Shown: one piece after another, positions 30,149-39,492 of the stretch
How positions within the stretch are numbered: position 1 is the first letter of the stretch
How the letters are laid out: each line of letters opens with the position of its first letter
Assembly: GCA_044221725.1 (NCBI GenBank)
Contig: JBGAON010000005.1
Location: 1 to 64,000, forward strand
Origin: Elusimicrobiota bacterium
GTDB taxonomy: Bacteria > Elusimicrobiota > Elusimicrobia > F11
Direction: 5' to 3'
Length of the DNA stretch: 64,000 nt
Position numbers and translations under genes: made by a program
The notes under the pieces: model-generated
Told to the model about the DNA's origin: nothing
Databases searched by the model: none
What the model saw: only the letters and a program-made list of their open reading frames with translations

Positions 30149-30700
30149 ATGTCGGATGCCTTTACGCTTTGGTTCACGGGCCTGTCAGGTTCGGGCAAAT
30201 CGACGTTGTCAACCCGGGTCGCCGCGGAATTAAAAAGGCGCGGAATCAAAGTCGAGCTTTTGGACGGAGACGAAGTTCGAACGAACCTGAGCAAAGGCCT
30301 CACGTTTTCGAAAGAAGATCGTGACATCAACATCAAGCGCATTGGATGGGTTTGCCATTTATTGACAAGGAACGGTGTGTGGTGCATCTCTGCCGCGATA
30401 TCGCCCTACCGCGCGGTCCGCGAATTTAATCGTGATCTTATCGGAAATTTCATTGAGATATATGTGGAATGCTCTCTCGAAAAATTGGCGGAGCGCGATG
30501 TGAAAGGGTTGTATAAAAAAGCGTTGGCCGGAGAGATCACGAATTTCACGGGCGTTTCGGATCCTTACGAGCCGCCGGTTAATCCCGAAATCACGGTTAA
30601 TTCCGAAAAAGAATCCGTCGACCAAAGTTTTCAAAAAATCATGTCCTACCTTGAGATAAAAGGATTGATCCCGCGCTCCGGCGTGTCGGCTCCCACATGA
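30149..30700 (+). CDS. cysC: Adenylyl-sulfate kinase
   Basis: WFTGLSGSGKST, LLDGDEVR, RDVKGLY, FTGVSDPYEPP. Confidence 0.96.
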   Translation: MSDAFTLWFTGLSGSGKSTLSTRVAAELKRRGIKVELLDGDEVRTNLSKGLTFSKEDRDINIKRIGWVCHLLTRNGVWCISAAISPYRAVREFNRDLIGNFIEIYVECSLEKLAERDVKGLYKKALAGEITNFTGVSDPYEPPVNPEITVNSEKESVDQSFQKIMSYLEIKGLIPRSGVSAPT

Positions 30701-31566
30701 TAGACCTGCAATTGCACACAACAGACTCCGACGGTACGTGGGATTGGAAACGCGTTTTGGACACGTGTCTCGACATGGGGCTTGCAGCTTTCGCGATCAC
30801 GGATCATGACACGGTTGTTCGGCGCGATGAGATTGCGGCGTGGGCCAAGACGAACGATGCAATGGCCATTCCCGGTATCGAACTCAGTACCCGCGAGAAC
30901 GATCAGACAATTCATCTGCTCGGATATTTCCTCGATGGGCCACTCGACAAACTGGAAGCACGGCTGGATTACCTTCGCGCCGGTCGAACGGCGCGGAACC
31001 AAAAAATTGTCAAACGGCTTCAAGACCTTGGTGTGCAGGTCGAAGAGCAGGATGTGCTGCGAATTGCGGGCAAGGCGACGGTCGGCCGGCCCCATATCGC
31101 ACGGCTCCTTATGGAAAAAGGAATCGTGAAAAGCATGCAAGAAGCCTTTGATCGTTACTTGAGCTTGAATGGCTCGGCGTACTTTCCAAAAGACGAATTG
31201 CCGCTGCGCGAAGGAATTGATTTGTTGCACGAGGCGGGTGCTGTAACCTCCGTCGCACACCCAGGGCTTCTCAAGCGCGCCCCCGACGTGCTCGAGGCGT
31301 CGCTCAAAGAATGGCGTTCGTGGGGTTTGGATGGCATCGAAGCGATTTATCCGAGTTACTCGTTGGAGCAGACCGCGTTTTTCGAGCGATTGTCTGAGAA
31401 ATACGGGTTCGTCCGCACCGGCGGATCGGATTTTCATGGCGAGAACAAGCCCCATATAAAAATTGGAACCGGCACCGGTCACTTAAACGTTCCAGACGAA
31501 CTCCTGGAACCGCTGCTTGTTAAAAGAAACGAAGTAAGAAAGTCCGTACGGAAAGCTGATCGCTGA
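30697..31566 (+). CDS. PHP-domain phosphoesterase (TrpH/YciV-like; probable 3',5'-nucleoside bisphosphate phosphatase)
   Basis: IDLQLHTTDSDG, AITDHD, GIELS, IHLLGY, GRPHIA, VAHP, TGGSDFHG. Confidence 0.88.
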   Translation: MIDLQLHTTDSDGTWDWKRVLDTCLDMGLAAFAITDHDTVVRRDEIAAWAKTNDAMAIPGIELSTRENDQTIHLLGYFLDGPLDKLEARLDYLRAGRTARNQKIVKRLQDLGVQVEEQDVLRIAGKATVGRPHIARLLMEKGIVKSMQEAFDRYLSLNGSAYFPKDELPLREGIDLLHEAGAVTSVAHPGLLKRAPDVLEASLKEWRSWGLDGIEAIYPSYSLEQTAFFERLSEKYGFVRTGGSDFHGENKPHIKIGTGTGHLNVPDELLEPLLVKRNEVRKSVRKADR

Positions 31567-31577
31567 CGGTGATAGTC

Positions 31578-32264
31578 ATGGATATAAAACAACGGAACGA
31601 AAAATTTGAGACCGCCTCACCGCAAGAAATCTTGCGGTGGGCAATTAAAACCTATTCGCCGAAGGTTGGGTTGTCCTCGTCGTTTGGGGGACAGAGCGCA
31701 GCGCTCCTCCACATGGCGGTTCAGATTGATCCGAAGATCCCGATTCTTTTTATCGACACCGGATTTCTATTCAAACAGACGTTGGAGTTCGTGGAAACGC
31801 TGAAGAGGCGATTCAATTTGAATATCAAAACCTTCCGTGCGACTCCCGACGAAATCGACGTTACGAGGAAAAATCTCAATTCCCGGAAAGACGATTCCGG
31901 AATTTGCTGCGACGACAGCAAAGTGGCTTGCATGCAGCGCTCTCTGGAAGGGCTCGACTGTTGGATCGCGGGGCTGCGCCGCCAGCAAGGCTCTACCCGG
32001 AAGAATATCGATATTGTTGAGGAATACCGTTCCGGTTTGGTAAAAGTGCATCCGCTTGCCAATTGGACCGGTAAACAAATTTATTCGTACATGAAGGAAA
32101 ATGACTTGCCGTTCCATCCTCTGTGGGAAAAAGGTTATACCAGCATTGGTTGCGAACCCTGCACGACATTGCCACCGCTTGATGGCGGGGAACGAAGTGG
32201 CCGATGGGCGGGACTCGAAAAAAAGGAATGTGGAATTCACACGTTTCTCGAAAAGAAAAATTAG
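31578..32264 (+). CDS. cysH: Phosphoadenylyl/adenylyl-sulfate reductase (Fe-S type motifs)
   Basis: SSSFG, FIDTGFLF, ICC, GLRRQQ, GYTSIGCEPCT, RSGRW..KECGIH. Confidence 0.93.
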   Translation: MDIKQRNEKFETASPQEILRWAIKTYSPKVGLSSSFGGQSAALLHMAVQIDPKIPILFIDTGFLFKQTLEFVETLKRRFNLNIKTFRATPDEIDVTRKNLNSRKDDSGICCDDSKVACMQRSLEGLDCWIAGLRRQQGSTRKNIDIVEEYRSGLVKVHPLANWTGKQIYSYMKENDLPFHPLWEKGYTSIGCEPCTTLPPLDGGERSGRWAGLEKKECGIHTFLEKKN

Positions 32265-32282
32265 TTCTCTGGGGAGAATAAT

Positions 32283-33026
32283 ATGAACAGTCTTATCAGT
32301 CAGTTTATGGCCGTGTGGCTGCATCCGTGGGATGCGATGAGTCGCGTGAAAGAAGATGGAGAAGAGGCTGGGATTGCACCATCGATATTATTTGTAATCG
32401 TGATGGGACTCGTGAGCGGTTTAATTACGTCGATTCTTGGATCGCTGATCCCGAGTGCGGCAGTGCCAGGCGCCTCAAAGGCAACGATTTGGTTGGCTGT
32501 TCTCGTCATGCCCGTTGCATCACTGTTGGGCAGTTTTATTGGAACCGCGATTGTGTGGAGCTTCTTGTTGTACGGTCTTTTGCGAGGAAGCTGGTCACAA
32601 TTTAAGGTCGTGTATCGATTGATGGCGTTGCTCTCGGCTTTTTCGCCGGTTTCTTCGTTGCTTTCGCCGATCCCGAAAGTCGGCACCTATCTCGCCATTG
32701 CGCTCACAATCTGGATGACAATCGTTATGATCAAAGGAATCATTATTGTCTGTGACACAGCGCCCGTTCGCACATGGGTGACCTGTATCGTTTTCTTTGG
32801 TTTGTTGTTGCTGCTGGGTTTCGTGGCCCGCATGGCCGCGCAGCGCGAATTGGCAGCCAACGGACCGGGCGGCTTCAACGATTACGGAACCACAGACTTT
32901 GGTGGAGCGACCGATGACCTCGGCGCCACCAGCGACAATTTGGAAAAAGATCTTCAAGGGCTCGCTGAAAAAGCGAAAGAAGATCAAAAAGCCGGAGACA
33001 AAACGCCGGAACAACCAAAGAAGTAA
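32283..33026 (+). CDS. YIP1-family membrane protein
   Basis: N-terminal VWLHPWDAM motif followed by about five TM helices. Confidence 0.7.
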   Translation: MNSLISQFMAVWLHPWDAMSRVKEDGEEAGIAPSILFVIVMGLVSGLITSILGSLIPSAAVPGASKATIWLAVLVMPVASLLGSFIGTAIVWSFLLYGLLRGSWSQFKVVYRLMALLSAFSPVSSLLSPIPKVGTYLAIALTIWMTIVMIKGIIIVCDTAPVRTWVTCIVFFGLLLLLGFVARMAAQRELAANGPGGFNDYGTTDFGGATDDLGATSDNLEKDLQGLAEKAKEDQKAGDKTPEQPKK

Positions 33027-33047
33027 GAACAGAAGCTTTCAGCTTAG

Positions 33048-33129
33048 CGTCGTCCTGGAAAGTCTTTATCCAGGACCCATTTTCCATGAGGATAAGATGG
33101 GTCCTGGATTTGGGCATTCCAGGGCGACG
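33048..33129. repeat. REP-like intergenic palindrome (copy 1)
   Basis: cgtcgtcctggaa..atccaggacccat..atgggtcctggat..ttccagggcgacg nested inverted repeats; related copy at 56244. Confidence 0.8.
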
Positions 33130-33152
33130 AATTTTAAGGAGATAAATGACTT

Positions 33153-35864
33153 ATGGCAAAGCAACAGAAGTATGTGTACTCATTCGGTGGCGGCAAGGCC
33201 GACGGCAGTGGAAAATTAAAAGATTTGTTGGGCGGTAAAGGAGCGGGTCTTGCAGAAATGTCCAAGGCCGGCGTGCCTGTTCCTCCGGGCTTTACGATCA
33301 CAACCGACGTTTGCCGCTATTATTACGCGAACGGCAAGAAACTCCCGAAAGAATTTGAAGCGCAGTACAAAGATGGCATTAAAAAACTCGAGAAAAATCT
33401 CGGCAAACAATTCGGTTCAACGACCGATCCGTTGCTCGTCTCGGTTCGCTCCGGCGCGAAATTTTCGATGCCCGGTATGATGGACACGATTTTGAATCTC
33501 GGGTTGAATGACAAGGCCGTGGAGGGAATGGCAACGCGCACAGGAAACGAACGTTTCGCTTGGGATGCGTATCGTCGCTTTCTCTCGATGTTCGGCAACG
33601 TGGTTCTCGAAATCGAAAAAGGAAAATTCGAAAAAGAACTCGAATCGGTCAAGCATAAAAAAGGCGTCAATCTGGACACCGAATTGAACGTGAACGACTT
33701 GAAAGAAGTGGTGGAGCTCGAAAAAGCCCTCATTAAGCGTGAAACTGGTGAAGAATTTCCGCAGGATCCGTACGAACAACTCGCGGCCGCTCGCAACGCC
33801 GTGTTCCGAAGCTGGAACAATCCGCGTGCCATCACGTATCGCCGGTTGAACAAAATCTCGGACGACATCGGAACCGCTGTGAACGTGCAAGCGATGGTGT
33901 TCGGCAACATGGGCAACGACTCGGGAACCGGAGTGGGCTTCACGCGCAATCCATCCTCTGGCGAAAAAGTGTTCTTCGGCGAATACCTCACGAACGCGCA
34001 GGGCGAAGACGTCGTGGCCGGAATTCGTACACCGAAACCCATTCTTGAACTCGAAAAAGATTTGCCAGAAGCGTACAAAGAGCTTCGTCAGATCACCGCC
34101 AAATTGGAAAAAGCGTATCGCGACATGCAGGATTTTGAATTCACGATCGAGCGCAAAAAACTGTTCATGCTTCAAACCCGAAACGGTAAGCGTACCGGTA
34201 TCGCCGCGGTTCGCGTTGCCGTTGACATGGTGAAAGAAGGACTCATTTCAAAAGAAGAAGCGCTTATGCGCATCGAGCCGGATCAAATTGCGCAACTTCT
34301 CGCGCCCGTGTTCGATACGCGCGAGAAAGGCGGAGCCATCAAAGGTGGACGCTTGCTTGCCAAAGGTATTGATGCCGGACCTGGCGCCGCAACGGGTCGC
34401 ATTGCGTTCACGTCCGAACGCGCGGTGGAAATGTCGCAGAAAGGGCCAGTCGTATTGGTTCGCCCCGAAACAAATCCGGATGACATCGAGGGAATGGTCG
34501 TTGCTCAGGGTATTCTGACCGCGATCGGTGGCCGTACCAGCCACGCTGCTGTTGTGGCGCGCGGGATGGGAAAACCTTGTATCGTTGGATGCGGCGTTCT
34601 CAAGATCGACGAAGAAGCGGGAACGTTGCGCGTGAACGGAACAAGTCTTAAAGAGGGCGATTTCCTTTCTGTGGACGGTTTCACCGGCGAAGTCATCACG
34701 GGCCAGGTACCGACGTTGCCGTCGGAAGTGGTGCGCGTGTTGCGCGGTGAGTTGGATAAAAAAGAAGCCCCGCTCTACGGTTATTTCAGCCAAGTGATGC
34801 AGTGGGCCGACAGCTACCGCAAAATTGGTGTGCGCGCGAACGCGGACATCCCGCGCGATGCCGTGATGGCGAAAGCGCTGGGCGCCGAAGGGATTGGTCT
34901 GTGCCGCACGGAGCACATGTTCTTTGCGCCGGAACGGTTGCCGTACATGCAACAGATGATTCTTGCCGATAACGAGCACGATCGTCGTGCAGCGCTCGAA
35001 AAGTTGTTGCCGTTCCAAAAAGAAGACTTCAAAGGGTTGCTAAAAGAAATGAAAGGCTATGGCGTAACGATCCGCACGCTGGACCCGCCGTTGCACGAGT
35101 TTTTGCCGAAGACAAACGAAGCGGCGCAAGAACTTTCCGAGAAGATCGGAATTCCCGCCGACAAGATCATGCAGAAAACGCACGAGCTGCACGAGTTCAA
35201 CCCGATGCTGGGTCACCGCGGTTGCCGCCTCGGTATCACGTATCCGGAAATCACCGAGATGCAGGCCCGCGCCATTCTTTTGGCCGCCGCCGAACTCAAG
35301 AAGGAAGGAATCAACGTTGTTCCGGAAATTATGATTCCGCTCGTCGGAAACGTGAAAGAATTAAAAGATCAAACAGCGATTGTTCGAACCGTTGCCGAAG
35401 AAGTGAAGAAGGCAACAGGCGTTGCCGTGAAGTACTTGCTTGGAACGATGATTGAAGTTCCGCGTGCGGCGCTCACTGCGAACGAGATCGCGACGGAAGC
35501 GGAATTCTTTAGCTTCGGAACCAACGACCTCACACAGATGACGCTCGGTTTCTCGCGTGACGATGCGGGCAAATTCACGAAAGTCTATCTTGATAAGAAA
35601 ATTCTCGCCGATGATCCGTTCCAAACGTTGGATCAAACGGGCGTGGGAAAACTTATCAACATCGCGATCAAAGACGGTCGCAGTGTCCGCAAAGACTTGA
35701 AAGTGGGAATTTGTGGCGAGCACGGTGGAGACGCCGAATCGGTGAAGTTCTGCCACCGTTCCGGCTTCAGTTACGTGTCGGCGAGCCCGTTCCGGATTCC
35801 AGTGGCGCGTTTGGCCGCCGCGCAAGCGGTTATCGAAGGTACCACGAAATACTCGAACAAATAA
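33153..35864 (+). CDS. ppdK: Pyruvate, phosphate dikinase
   Basis: LLGGKGAGLAEM, SVRSGA..SMPGMMDT, GGRTSHAAVVARG, GIGLCRTEHMF, GICGEHGG. Confidence 0.98.
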   Translation: MAKQQKYVYSFGGGKADGSGKLKDLLGGKGAGLAEMSKAGVPVPPGFTITTDVCRYYYANGKKLPKEFEAQYKDGIKKLEKNLGKQFGSTTDPLLVSVRSGAKFSMPGMMDTILNLGLNDKAVEGMATRTGNERFAWDAYRRFLSMFGNVVLEIEKGKFEKELESVKHKKGVNLDTELNVNDLKEVVELEKALIKRETGEEFPQDPYEQLAAARNAVFRSWNNPRAITYRRLNKISDDIGTAVNVQAMVFGNMGNDSGTGVGFTRNPSSGEKVFFGEYLTNAQGEDVVAGIRTPKPILELEKDLPEAYKELRQITAKLEKAYRDMQDFEFTIERKKLFMLQTRNGKRTGIAAVRVAVDMVKEGLISKEEALMRIEPDQIAQLLAPVFDTREKGGAIKGGRLLAKGIDAGPGAATGRIAFTSERAVEMSQKGPVVLVRPETNPDDIEGMVVAQGILTAIGGRTSHAAVVARGMGKPCIVGCGVLKIDEEAGTLRVNGTSLKEGDFLSVDGFTGEVITGQVPTLPSEVVRVLRGELDKKEAPLYGYFSQVMQWADSYRKIGVRANADIPRDAVMAKALGAEGIGLCRTEHMFFAPERLPYMQQMILADNEHDRRAALEKLLPFQKEDFKGLLKEMKGYGVTIRTLDPPLHEFLPKTNEAAQELSEKIGIPADKIMQKTHELHEFNPMLGHRGCRLGITYPEITEMQARAILLAAAELKKEGINVVPEIMIPLVGNVKELKDQTAIVRTVAEEVKKATGVAVKYLLGTMIEVPRAALTANEIATEAEFFSFGTNDLTQMTLGFSRDDAGKFTKVYLDKKILADDPFQTLDQTGVGKLINIAIKDGRSVRKDLKVGICGEHGGDAESVKFCHRSGFSYVSASPFRIPVARLAAAQAVIEGTTKYSNK

Positions 35865-35874
35865 TCTGAACATT

Positions 35875-35913
35875 GCCCCGGCGAGGACGTGTTCCTCGCC
35901 GGGGCTTTTTTTT
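35875..35913 (+). terminator. Intrinsic terminator after ppdK
   Basis: GCCCCGGCGAGGA-cgtgt-TCCTCGCCGGGGC followed by T8. Confidence 0.92.
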
Positions 35914-35967
35914 CAACCCGTGGCCCTGAAAATGCCGCGTGTTTCCAGTTATAATTCTGAAATCAAC

Positions 35968-38130
35968 ATGGCGTTAGAAAAACCGTCCTTTCCACCCGAA
36001 CTCATCGCAAAACTAAAAAAGATTGTTGGCGAAAAATCTGTTTTGACTGAGCTTAGCGATCTGTATTTGTATTCGTTCGACTCCGCGCTCGACCGGAGCA
36101 TGCCGCCCGTTGTTGTTTTGCCTGAAACGCCCGATCACGTGTCGCTTGTCATGCGGCTCTTGCACCAAAACAAAAAACCGTTCGTGGCGCGCGGCGCCGC
36201 CACAAGTTTGTGCGGCGGCCCTGTTCCGTTGCACGGCGCGGTGGTGATTGGCTTGTCGCGGCTTACTCGCGTTGGGAAACTCGACAAAGAAAAAAAGGAA
36301 GTTGTTGTTGAGCCTGGCGTTGTGAATTTGAAATTGCAGCAGGTTGTTGCGCCGGACGGACTTTTCTATCCGCCCGATCCGGGGAGTCAAAAGGCGTGCA
36401 CGATCGGTGGAAACATTGCGACAAACGCCGGCGGTCCGCATTGTTTGAAATATGGTGTTACGTCGAACTACGTGCTCGGAATGGATTGGGTTTTCCCCGA
36501 TGGCCAGCAGATGCACCTGCGTGTTGAAGATCCAGGATTTGATGTGCTCGGATTCCTCGTCGGCTCCGAAGGAACGCTCGGGATCGCCACCAAGATTCGT
36601 CTGAAACTTCTGCAGAAACCCGCGGCGATTCGGACAATGCTCGTGAGCTTTCCATCTATCGAACAAGCAATTCAATCGGTGACCGACATTATTGCCGACG
36701 GTTTGTTGCCGGCCACGCTCGAAGCGATGGACAAGACCACGGTTGCCGCGGTCGAAGCGTTCGCGCACGCCGGTTATCCGACCGATGCCGAAGCGGTTTT
36801 GCTGATTGAAGTGGATGGCACCACCGCGGACGAACTTGACGCGCAAGTACAGCGTATTGAAACGCTTTGCAAAAAGAACAATCGCATTGAGTTCCGTTTC
36901 GCAAAGGACGAAGCCGAACGCGCGAAATTGTGGGAAGGTCGCCGTGGCGCGTATCCAGCAATGGCCCGGCTCGCGCCGAACGTGCTTGTGGAAGATGGGG
37001 CGGTACCGCGGACGAAGTTGCCCGAGGCGCTTCGGCAGATCAAACAGATCGCCACCGATGCCGGCTTGCGCGTTGCGCTGTTGTTTCATGCCGGCGATGG
37101 GAACCTTCACCCGCAAATTGTCTTTGATGAGAGAGACGAGCGGCAAACTCGAATCGTAAAAGAAGCCGGGCAGCGAATGCTTAAGGTCTGCGTCGATTTG
37201 GGCGGTACAATTTCCGGTGAACACGGCATCGGCTCCGACAAACGAGAAGCAATGAAGTGGCTTTTCACACGCGAAACATTGACGTTGTTTCGGAAATTGA
37301 AGAACGTTTTTGATCCGGAAAATCTCGCCAACCCCGACAAGCTGATTCCGCTCATTGGGAAATCGGCGCCTTCGCCCGCAACGCCCGCCGCCGAGACGAG
37401 CAACGGCGAGATGCGAGTGCAAACGGTCGCCGACAGCAACCCAAAGAGTGAACAAGAACTGGTGGAAGCCGTGAAACGCTTCGCGAGCCGTAAAGTAGCG
37501 TTCGCTGTGCAAGGGATGCGCACGAAATACACGGTCAGCGAGAATTACGTGCTCTCGATGACCGCTATCAATCAGATCGTGGATTTCGATAAGTCGAATT
37601 TGACGTTGACGGTGCAGGCCGGTGCGGACATCATGAAGGTAATAGCGGAAGTGGAAAAAGAAAATCGATATCTTTGGATCAAGTCGACAGGAACGGTCGG
37701 CGGTGTGGTTGCCACGCGCTCCAGCGTGGTGCCTGCCATGCGCGAACTCATCCTTGGAATGCGTGTCTTGTTGCCAACCGGAGAAATTGTAACGCTTGGG
37801 GCGAAAACGATGAAAAACGTGGCCGGGTACGATGTTCCGAAACTTCTCATCGGTTCGTGGGGAACGCTCGGCATCATTCTCGACGTGACGTTTCGTTTGT
37901 TCCCCTATGCCAAGGAAGCGAAATCGGAGGAAACACTGCGCCCGTTCGTGTTTCGCGATATACATAAAAAAATTCGCCGTGCTTTTGATCCGGAGGGTAT
38001 TTTGTCGCCGAGAATGGTCGCGCTGACCGAGAAGGAAATCACGGATCATCCGAAAGGGGTAACGCAAAACGTACCACAGGCGGGTGTTGAGCAAACCTTT
38101 CGATCGCTTGAAGAGAAGTTCTGGATGTAA
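35968..38130 (+). CDS. glcD: FAD-linked oxidase, GlcD-GlcE fusion (glycolate/D-lactate oxidase)
   Basis: PPDPGSQKACTIGGNIATNAGGPHCLKYGVT, HAGDGNLHP, SGEHGIG (GlcD), followed by a second FAD domain with KTMKNVAGYDVPKLLIGSWGTLGII (GlcE). Confidence 0.9.
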   Translation: MALEKPSFPPELIAKLKKIVGEKSVLTELSDLYLYSFDSALDRSMPPVVVLPETPDHVSLVMRLLHQNKKPFVARGAATSLCGGPVPLHGAVVIGLSRLTRVGKLDKEKKEVVVEPGVVNLKLQQVVAPDGLFYPPDPGSQKACTIGGNIATNAGGPHCLKYGVTSNYVLGMDWVFPDGQQMHLRVEDPGFDVLGFLVGSEGTLGIATKIRLKLLQKPAAIRTMLVSFPSIEQAIQSVTDIIADGLLPATLEAMDKTTVAAVEAFAHAGYPTDAEAVLLIEVDGTTADELDAQVQRIETLCKKNNRIEFRFAKDEAERAKLWEGRRGAYPAMARLAPNVLVEDGAVPRTKLPEALRQIKQIATDAGLRVALLFHAGDGNLHPQIVFDERDERQTRIVKEAGQRMLKVCVDLGGTISGEHGIGSDKREAMKWLFTRETLTLFRKLKNVFDPENLANPDKLIPLIGKSAPSPATPAAETSNGEMRVQTVADSNPKSEQELVEAVKRFASRKVAFAVQGMRTKYTVSENYVLSMTAINQIVDFDKSNLTLTVQAGADIMKVIAEVEKENRYLWIKSTGTVGGVVATRSSVVPAMRELILGMRVLLPTGEIVTLGAKTMKNVAGYDVPKLLIGSWGTLGIILDVTFRLFPYAKEAKSEETLRPFVFRDIHKKIRRAFDPEGILSPRMVALTEKEITDHPKGVTQNVPQAGVEQTFRSLEEKFWM

Positions 38131-39489
38131 ATGGCTTCCGACAAATTGCAACAGTTAAAGAAACTTGAAGAAGTCGTCGCCGCGTGCAACCGGTGCGGTT
38201 TTTGCACATCCTATTGCCCCACGTACAACGCGACCGGTAGCGAGGCGCTGAGCCCGCGCGGACGCAATCAGATCGTGCGCGCGCTCATGGAAGAAAAGAT
38301 TGTTAATCCGGCGCTCGCGAAAGAAAGCGTCGACACGTGTCTTCTTTGCGGTGAATGCACATCCGTTTGTTTCTCGGAAGTTCCAACCGCGCGTCTGATG
38401 GTGGAGACGCGCAATTATTTGAACCAAACGATGCAGGTGCCGAAATCGCTCGATTTTTTTCTAAAAAAAATTCTGCCTTATCCGAAACGCTTTAAAGCGC
38501 TGTTAAAAATTTCGTTCGTACTGAAAAATTTCGGCGGTTCATTGCTGCTCCGAAGTTTTTCGGTGGTGCAAAAAATGTTCCCTACGCTGGCCGCTGCGGA
38601 CGCGTTGCTCGTGAAGGCCCCAATGTCCTTCTTGTTGGAAAAGAAAATGACCAAGGCGTATCAGGAAGGTGTTCGCAAAGAGCTGTCCCACGCGAAGGTG
38701 CTCGCGCAAGAGAAGAGCAAAAAGACTGTGGGCTCCATGCCGACGAAAACTACCTACGCGTATATGCCTGTTTGCGGCAGTCAGTATTTGCGACCGCGCA
38801 TCGGTCTTGCAACGATTCGGTTGTTCGAGAAGCTGCGAATAGATTTTGAAATTCCCGACGCTGTTTGTTGCGGCTTGCCGGCCGCGAGCTACGGTGTGAA
38901 CGACGAGGTGCGGGCGCTCGGCCGAAAGAATATCGCGCATCTTGAAGCGCAAGACTACGAACAAATAATCGTCGATGACTCTTCTTGCGGCGCTCACCTA
39001 AAGGATTTGCCGCTTTTTTTTCAGAGTGATGCGGATTGGATTGCGCGTGCGCACGGTCTCTCACAAAAAGTTCGAGAGCTTTCCGTATTTTTGTTGCAGC
39101 GTGGATTAAAGGAACATTTGAAACTGGCGCCGTGGGTCGGTGGTAGCGTTGCGTATCACGACCCTTGCAAAGCACAATACGGGCAGAAAATTGTGAATCC
39201 GCCGCGCGAGTTGCTCACGGCGATCCCTCGACTTAAGCTCGTGCCAATAGCCGATTCCGATCAATGCTGCGGCGGCGCCGGCACCTACAGCTTTGTTCAT
39301 CCCGAATTGTCGAAGCAGGTGCTCAAAGCAAAAGTGAAAAACATTGTTGCGAGTGGCTGTGAGATTCTCGTCACATCAAGTGCGTCGTGCTTGACCCAGG
39401 TGGCGGCGGGTTTGCGCGATGCCGGATCAAAAATTCAAGTGCTGCATCTCAGTGAGTTCTTGTATCGAGCGCTGGATAAGAGGAGGTAG
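38131..39489 (+). CDS. glcF: Glycolate oxidase iron-sulfur subunit
   Basis: CNRCGFCTSYCPTY, SPRGR, CLLCGECTSVC, two CCG domains, YHDPC. Confidence 0.88.
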   Translation: MASDKLQQLKKLEEVVAACNRCGFCTSYCPTYNATGSEALSPRGRNQIVRALMEEKIVNPALAKESVDTCLLCGECTSVCFSEVPTARLMVETRNYLNQTMQVPKSLDFFLKKILPYPKRFKALLKISFVLKNFGGSLLLRSFSVVQKMFPTLAAADALLVKAPMSFLLEKKMTKAYQEGVRKELSHAKVLAQEKSKKTVGSMPTKTTYAYMPVCGSQYLRPRIGLATIRLFEKLRIDFEIPDAVCCGLPAASYGVNDEVRALGRKNIAHLEAQDYEQIIVDDSSCGAHLKDLPLFFQSDADWIARAHGLSQKVRELSVFLLQRGLKEHLKLAPWVGGSVAYHDPCKAQYGQKIVNPPRELLTAIPRLKLVPIADSDQCCGGAGTYSFVHPELSKQVLKAKVKNIVASGCEILVTSSASCLTQVAAGLRDAGSKIQVLHLSEFLYRALDKRR

Positions 39490-39492
39490 TTC

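Noticed and set aside
36013..38151. 712-aa antisense ORF opposite glcD/E
   Set aside because: No recognisable motifs; it is a codon-bias shadow of a well-supported gene.
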